Origin: Gammaproteobacteria bacterium
Lineage (GTDB): Bacteria > Pseudomonadota > Gammaproteobacteria > JBIOEC01
DNA length: 32,000 nt
Assembly (NCBI GenBank): GCA_965279305.1
Contig: OZ257143.1
Coordinates: 900,001-932,000, forward strand
Direction: 5' to 3'
The notes under the pieces: generated by a model
Database searches by the model: none
Told to the model about the DNA's origin: nothing
Seen by the model: the letters and a program-made list of their open reading frames with translations, nothing else
Shown: piece by piece, positions 25,890-32,000 of the stretch
How positions within the stretch are numbered: the stretch's first letter is position 1
Layout: the number at the start of each line of letters is the position of its first letter
Made by a program: the position numbers and the translations under genes

Positions 25890-27113
25890 ATGAAGTCTGG
25901 CATGTTAATCGCTATCATTCTTAGCATAGTGCTCGGTATTATTTGCGGTATGTTTTTTCCCGATGAAATGTTAAAAATTCAATGGGTCGGTACCGTGTTT
26001 ATGAACATGTTAAAGCTGATCGTATTGCCTTTAGTATTTTCAGCTTTAGTTGCTTCTATTGGTACTATGGGTAATTTACGCCAAGTGGGTTCTATTGGCG
26101 GTTACACCTTAGGCTACGTATTATTCAGCGTTTCCATCGCTGTATTAATCGGTTTAGCGCTAATCAACTTGTTCCAACCAGGTGTTGGCGTTGATCCTAG
26201 CATTATCCCTATCGATCCTAATGAACAATTCGAACGTAAAGAACTGACATTTGATTCATTCATCTTAGGCATATTCCCACCCAATATTGTGGAAGCCGCT
26301 GCCAAATTTGAAATGATGTCTATCGTGGTGTTCAGTGTGATCTTCGCTATCGGCTGTTTAGCTGCCGGTGAAGAAGCCAAACCTGTGATCGCATTCTTCG
26401 TTGGTATGAGAAGAATCTTTATCAAAATGATTATTTGGTTAATGTATTTAACCCCACTAGGCTTGTTCTCCTTATTAGGAAGCGCTATTGCTCAAGCAGT
26501 TAAACAAAACCAATTGCTGGAAAGCGTGTTAGGCGTAGCCATGTTTATTGTGGTGTTTATGTTTGGCTTACTACTACAAGTGGTGTGGCAATTATTATTA
26601 ATGTGCGCCATGACTCGACGTAATCCTATCAAGTTCCTTCGCTCGGCTTCTGGTGCATTCGCCACCGCGTTTGGTACCTCAAGCTCTATGGCTACCTTGC
26701 CTGTAGCGATGGTAGTGGCACAACAAGAAGGTATTCGTGACGAAGTGAGCCGTTTTGTATTACCTTTTGCGACCACGATTAACTTAGCGGGAACCGCGAT
26801 GTATGAAGCAGTTTGTGCGCTTTTCTTTTGCCAGGTATTAGGAATAGAGTTAAGCATTATGTCGCAAGTGGCGTTATTTATAACGGCGATTTTTGCGGGT
26901 ATGGGCGCTACCGGTATTCCTGAAGGTGGATTGGTCACCATGGTAACCGTATTGCGAGCAACCAACGTACCTACTTCAGCGATTGCTGTGTTGCTTCCTT
27001 TTGATAGAATTTTAGATCGTTTTCGCACCATGGTTAACGTTTGCGGTGATTTGACATGTGCCGCGATTGTGGATCATCTAACCAAAAAGAAAGCTCTTAA
27101 AGCAACGTCTTAG
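25890..27113 (+). CDS. Dicarboxylate/amino acid:cation symporter (DAACS family)
   Basis: 407-aa polytopic protein with family motifs TSSSMATLP, MYEAVCALFFCQ and FDRILDRFRTMVNVCGD. AAGGGG lies upstream of the ATG. Confidence 0.88.
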   Translation: MKSGMLIAIILSIVLGIICGMFFPDEMLKIQWVGTVFMNMLKLIVLPLVFSALVASIGTMGNLRQVGSIGGYTLGYVLFSVSIAVLIGLALINLFQPGVGVDPSIIPIDPNEQFERKELTFDSFILGIFPPNIVEAAAKFEMMSIVVFSVIFAIGCLAAGEEAKPVIAFFVGMRRIFIKMIIWLMYLTPLGLFSLLGSAIAQAVKQNQLLESVLGVAMFIVVFMFGLLLQVVWQLLLMCAMTRRNPIKFLRSASGAFATAFGTSSSMATLPVAMVVAQQEGIRDEVSRFVLPFATTINLAGTAMYEAVCALFFCQVLGIELSIMSQVALFITAIFAGMGATGIPEGGLVTMVTVLRATNVPTSAIAVLLPFDRILDRFRTMVNVCGDLTCAAIVDHLTKKKALKATS

Positions 27114-27123
27114 GCTGATATAA

Positions 27124-27146
27124 GGCATCTCCCTAAGGGAGATGCC
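27124..27146. terminator. Hairpin between convergent DAACS and tolC genes (probable bidirectional terminator)
   Basis: GGCATCTCCC-TAA-GGGAGATGCC is a perfect 10-bp stem with a 3-nt loop. It sits in the 49-nt gap between two convergent stop codons. The flanks are only moderately A/T-rich. Confidence 0.55.
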
Positions 27147-27162
27147 CTTGGTGAAGGGTGTA

Positions 27163-28599
27163 TTATCTATACCCGGTATAATCATTAATTTGCGGATCGT
27201 ATTCGGTGCCTGAAGCGCCGGAAATACTGTTGATCACACTGCCTGCTTGAGTACGATTTTCTTCTAACCATTCATTTACTAAATAAACATCTTCAGTGTT
27301 CAATGTTCCAGCTGCTTGCTTTAACTTCAAGATAGAAAGAATATAATCATAACGAGCCATCGCTAAATTACGCTCTTGCTCATATAAATTTGAAATAATA
27401 ATTAGCAATTCAACGCTAGTACGTGTACCTGCATCGTAGCCTGCATTGTTGGCTTCCAAAGAAGCATTGGCTGATTCTACTGCACGTTCATAAGCGTTCA
27501 CTTGGCCTGTAGCGCTGATTACATTACGAAATGCATTACGGGTATTGGTTTCAGTGTCGCGACGAATAAATTCAAAATCTTGCTGAGCGGCTTGATGATC
27601 GTATTGAGCCCTACGAATATTAGACGTAATAACACCACCGCTAAAAAGTGGAATGCTACCTTGTACGGTTGTGCCCCAGGTTTGTTCCCAATCACCGTTG
27701 GGCGCACTAATAGCTCCATCTCGAATTTGCCCGTAAGAACCATTAAATTCAAACACAGGTAAGCGTTGATCTTTGGCTATTTTAACCGCGCTTCCTTTAG
27801 CAGCAGACTGATATTTTGCTGCTTGCAAAGTAGGGTTATATAATTCTGCCATTGAAACCCATTCATTATCATCCATAGGTTCAGGCGATTTTAATGGTAA
27901 CTCATCAAGTCCTGCTACATCAGAAATATAATGACCGGTTAATATTTTTAATTGTTGGCGGGTGTTATCCACATTATATTGTGCCGCTATTTCTTCTGCG
28001 GTTCTGGCATCGTATTGTGCTTGTAAATCTTTTACATCGGTAATAGCAACAGTGCCTGCCTCAAATTTATCGTTAGTTTGTTTTAATTGACGATGTACTG
28101 CTTTTTTTTCTGCTTGTGTAAATTCAAGATTATCAATGGCTTTTAATAAATCAAAATAAGCCGTCGCTGTACGAATAATTAAATCTTGCTCGCTAGCCAT
28201 ATAAGCGGCATCAGCATAGCTTACCGTTTGTTTAGCTTGTTTTAAATTATGCCAACGGCTGAGATCAAAAATAGTTTGATTTAAATTCGCAAACACATAC
28301 TGGTTACGTGTAATCGCTTGTGATGGCAATGTCGGATCTAATGTGGCTTGCAAATCATTGTCTTGAGAATTTAATTGAGCAATACCTTCAAGGCCAGGTA
28401 AAAATCCGGCTAAAGCAGTAGGCAATGCTTCTCTGGTTGCCATACGTGAAGCATAGGCGCTATGTATTGTAGGGTCATTTTCAATTGCTAACGAATACAC
28501 TTCTAGTAAATTTTCAGCAGAAGCCGTTGCTGCATAACTCGAAATAGCACTGGCCAGTAAAACTGACAAAGTGTTTTTAGAATAACGTTTTATTTTCAT
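27163..28599 (-). CDS. tolC: TolC-family outer membrane efflux / type I secretion channel
   Basis: The signal peptide ends ...ATASA, followed by ENLLEVYSLAIENDPT (E. coli mature TolC begins ENLMQVYQQARLSNPE). It has the internal duplicated repeat structure. 478 aa. Confidence 0.9.
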   Translation of the reverse strand: MKIKRYSKNTLSVLLASAISSYAATASAENLLEVYSLAIENDPTIHSAYASRMATREALPTALAGFLPGLEGIAQLNSQDNDLQATLDPTLPSQAITRNQYVFANLNQTIFDLSRWHNLKQAKQTVSYADAAYMASEQDLIIRTATAYFDLLKAIDNLEFTQAEKKAVHRQLKQTNDKFEAGTVAITDVKDLQAQYDARTAEEIAAQYNVDNTRQQLKILTGHYISDVAGLDELPLKSPEPMDDNEWVSMAELYNPTLQAAKYQSAAKGSAVKIAKDQRLPVFEFNGSYGQIRDGAISAPNGDWEQTWGTTVQGSIPLFSGGVITSNIRRAQYDHQAAQQDFEFIRRDTETNTRNAFRNVISATGQVNAYERAVESANASLEANNAGYDAGTRTSVELLIIISNLYEQERNLAMARYDYILSILKLKQAAGTLNTEDVYLVNEWLEENRTQAGSVINSISGASGTEYDPQINDYTGYR

Positions 28600-28609
28600 A
28601 TACTAATAC

Positions 28610-29272
28610 TTAAAACTTAAATTGGGGTGTGGGTTCAGCGTGAACTAACCAGGGCAGTAAGGTTTCATAAACCATTTCAGAGATCCATTCTTGAGTTCCT
28701 ACGCGAGTGATCAGCATAGCTTGCATAACAGGAGGTTTACCTACTACCACAAATAATCGGCCGCCTATATTTAATTGTTCTTGCCAGTGTGCAGCTAATT
28801 CTGGAAGTGCGCCAGTAATACAAATAACGTCGAATGTAGATTCGGTTTGCCAGCCTTTAGAAGCATCTCCCACTTCAATTTTAATATTGGCCATATTAAT
28901 ATGGTCATCGGCTTCGCAATTCTTTTGAGCTTGTTCGGCGATATCGGGGAATAGCTCTACGCTGAGTACATGCTTGCCTTGTTTGCTGAGCAGGCTAGTG
29001 AGATAACCACTACCGGTACCAATTTCTAATATGGAGTCTTCGGCCTGTACCTGAAGGGCTTGTAGCAAACGACCCACTTCTCTAGGAGGCAGCATCACCT
29101 GGCCATGACCAAGAGGGATCTGTGTGTCAGCAAACGCCAAGTCGCGGTATCCTCTAGGCATATAGTCTTCCCGTGGGATAGCGCTCATTAAATCGAGCAC
29201 GCGCATGTCCAGCACATTCCAAGGCCGAATTTGCTGATCTATCATATTACTGCGGGCAATTTCAATGTTCAT
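28610..29272 (-). CDS. Protein-L-isoaspartate O-methyltransferase-family (Pcm-like) SAM methyltransferase
   Basis: SAM-binding motif ILEIGTGSGYLTSLL and Pcm-like layout. 220 aa. It lies directly upstream of tolC, a pairing seen in many Gammaproteobacteria. Confidence 0.8.
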   Translation of the reverse strand: MNIEIARSNMIDQQIRPWNVLDMRVLDLMSAIPREDYMPRGYRDLAFADTQIPLGHGQVMLPPREVGRLLQALQVQAEDSILEIGTGSGYLTSLLSKQGKHVLSVELFPDIAEQAQKNCEADDHINMANIKIEVGDASKGWQTESTFDVICITGALPELAAHWQEQLNIGGRLFVVVGKPPVMQAMLITRVGTQEWISEMVYETLLPWLVHAEPTPQFKF

Positions 29273-29342
29273 TTATACATAATCTCTCATAAGGGTGTAT
29301 TTTACCATTGTTTTATGGTGCTAAAGAAGTGATATAATGTAA

Positions 29343-31205
<1,863 letters not shown>

Positions 31206-31207
31206 AT

Positions 31208-31267
31208 ATCACCTCTCCCCTTGAGGGAGAGGTCGGCATCCCTTCTTAGGGAAGCCGGGTGAGGGGT
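31208..31267 (+). repeat. Palindromic intergenic repeat unit, copy C (solo)
   Basis: ATCACCTCTCCCCTTGAGGGAGAGGTCG has the same 5' module as copies A and B. A different-sequence hairpin follows, CGGCATCCCT-TCTT-AGGGAAGCCG. The unit ends in the same GGGTGAGGGG. It starts 3 nt after the thiC stop. Confidence 0.85.
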
Positions 31268-31304
31268 ATCCAATACGGCTAGGTGAGACAAGGAAGAAAT
31301 AAGA

Positions 31305-32000
31305 ATGAGTGCAAAGAAGAGCAATCAAACATATAACGCGGAAGCGATTGAAGTACTAACAGGCTTAGAGCCTGTACAAAAACGTCCGGGGATGTATACC
31401 GATACCTCCAGACCTAATCACTTGGCTCAAGAAGTCATCGACAATAGTGTGGATGAAGCATTAGCTGGCTATGCCACTCGCGTAGAAGTCATTTTACATT
31501 CCGATGGTTCACTCGAAGTGAGTGATGATGGTCGCGGTATGCCCGTAGACATTCACCCAGAACAAAAAATGCCTGGTGTGGAAGTGATTCTAACCAAACT
31601 TCATGCGGGTGGTAAGTTCTCTCAAAAAAATTATCAATTCTCAGGTGGTTTACACGGTGTGGGTGTTTCCGTAGTAAATGCCTTGTCTTCCAAGCTTATT
31701 GTTACAGTCAAGCGTGATGGTAAGTTATATCAAATGGAATTTGCGCATGGTGATCGTACCAAACCATTAAAGGTGATTGGCAGCGTAGATAAAGATGAAA
31801 CAGGAACGGCACTGCGTTTTTGGCCTGAATCTAAATATTTCGATTCTGATAAATTTTCGGTTACTAAGTTAAAACATATTTTACGTGCTAAAGCCGTATT
31901 ATGCTCTGGTTTATACGTTAAATTTACCGATGAAAAAACTGGTGAAGTAGATGAGTGGCATTACCAACAAGGTTTATCCGATTATTTATTAAGCGCTTTA
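31305..32000 (+). CDS. parE: DNA topoisomerase IV subunit B, 3'-truncated by the window edge
   Basis: It is absent from the ORF track because it runs off the window. The ATG at 31305 follows AGGAAG. The translation MSAKKSNQTYNAEAIEVLTGLEPVQKRPGMYTDTSRPNHLAQEVIDNSVDEALAGYA...LHAGGKFSQKNYQFSGGLHGVG is nearly colinear with the E. coli ParE N-terminus and less like GyrB. Confidence 0.9.
   Translation, partial: MSAKKSNQTYNAEAIEVLTGLEPVQKRPGMYTDTSRPNHLAQEVIDNSVDEALAGYATRVEVILHSDGSLEVSDDGRGMPVDIHPEQKMPGVEVILTKLHAGGKFSQKNYQFSGGLHGVGVSVVNALSSKLIVTVKRDGKLYQMEFAHGDRTKPLKVIGSVDKDETGTALRFWPESKYFDSDKFSVTKLKHILRAKAVLCSGLYVKFTDEKTGEVDEWHYQQGLSDYLLSAL

Noticed and set aside
25673-25927. Two short ORFs (25712..25924 + and 25673..25927 -) spanning the waaA-DAACS intergenic region.
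   Set aside because: They overlap each other and the ends of flanking genes, and they have no SD sequence and no recognisable motif. The region is better explained as the promoter and leader of the DAACS gene.
26492-27031. Antisense ORFs nested inside well-supported genes. Examples: 26492..27031(-) and 26114..26425(-) in the DAACS gene, 19972..20301(+) in the SDR, 22770..23036(-) and 22164..22412(-) in hldE, 14257..14626(-) in the FTR1 gene, and 370..615(-) in the Sel1 gene.
   Set aside because: They have low-complexity, compositionally skewed translations (runs of A/T/P/S/I) and no ribosome-binding sites or motifs. All lie fully within genes whose sense-strand products have strong family signatures, so they are typical shadow ORFs.

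Overview
This is a 32-kb, gene-dense, AT-rich chromosomal segment from a Gram-negative bacterium, with 29 CDS called on both strands. Similarity to ParE, TolC, the HldE fusion, WaaC and WaaA points to Gammaproteobacteria. The Sel1-repeat protein and compact style are reminiscent of Legionellales, but that is inference only. The content is mostly core metabolism and envelope biogenesis. In order, the genes are: an edge-truncated Sel1-repeat protein, a brnQ-like carrier, znuCB, a thioredoxin-fold/GlcF-like pair, metK-ahcY-bioA, an OYE flavin oxidoreductase and cca. Next come an acidic orphan, a Fur-box-controlled cytochrome c/FTR1 iron permease, an NDUFA9-like SDR, comF, bioB-bioD, rarD and a second SDR. 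The window ends with a 2OG-Fe(II) oxygenase-waaC-hldE-hldD-waaA operon, a DAACS symporter, tolC with its pcm-like partner, thiC and the start of parE. I see no rRNA, tRNA, CRISPR array, transposase, integrase, phage gene or recognisable defence or toxin module, so I do not claim a large novel system here. Five items seem most worth a second look. (1) A GC-rich, alternatively folding ~120-nt segment lies between ahcY and bioA. (2) A modular palindromic repeat family has three copies, one an inverted dimer in the brnQ/znuC promoter region, and its second hairpin is kept by different sequence. (3) An uncharacterised 2OG-Fe(II) oxygenase is the first gene of the LPS inner-core operon. (4) A strong Fur box overlaps the promoter of the cytochrome c/FTR1 fusion. 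(5) An orphan GlcF/HdrD-like Fe-S protein is paired with a thioredoxin-fold protein. All functional calls rest on motifs read from the translations and on remembered family signatures. No database search was run.
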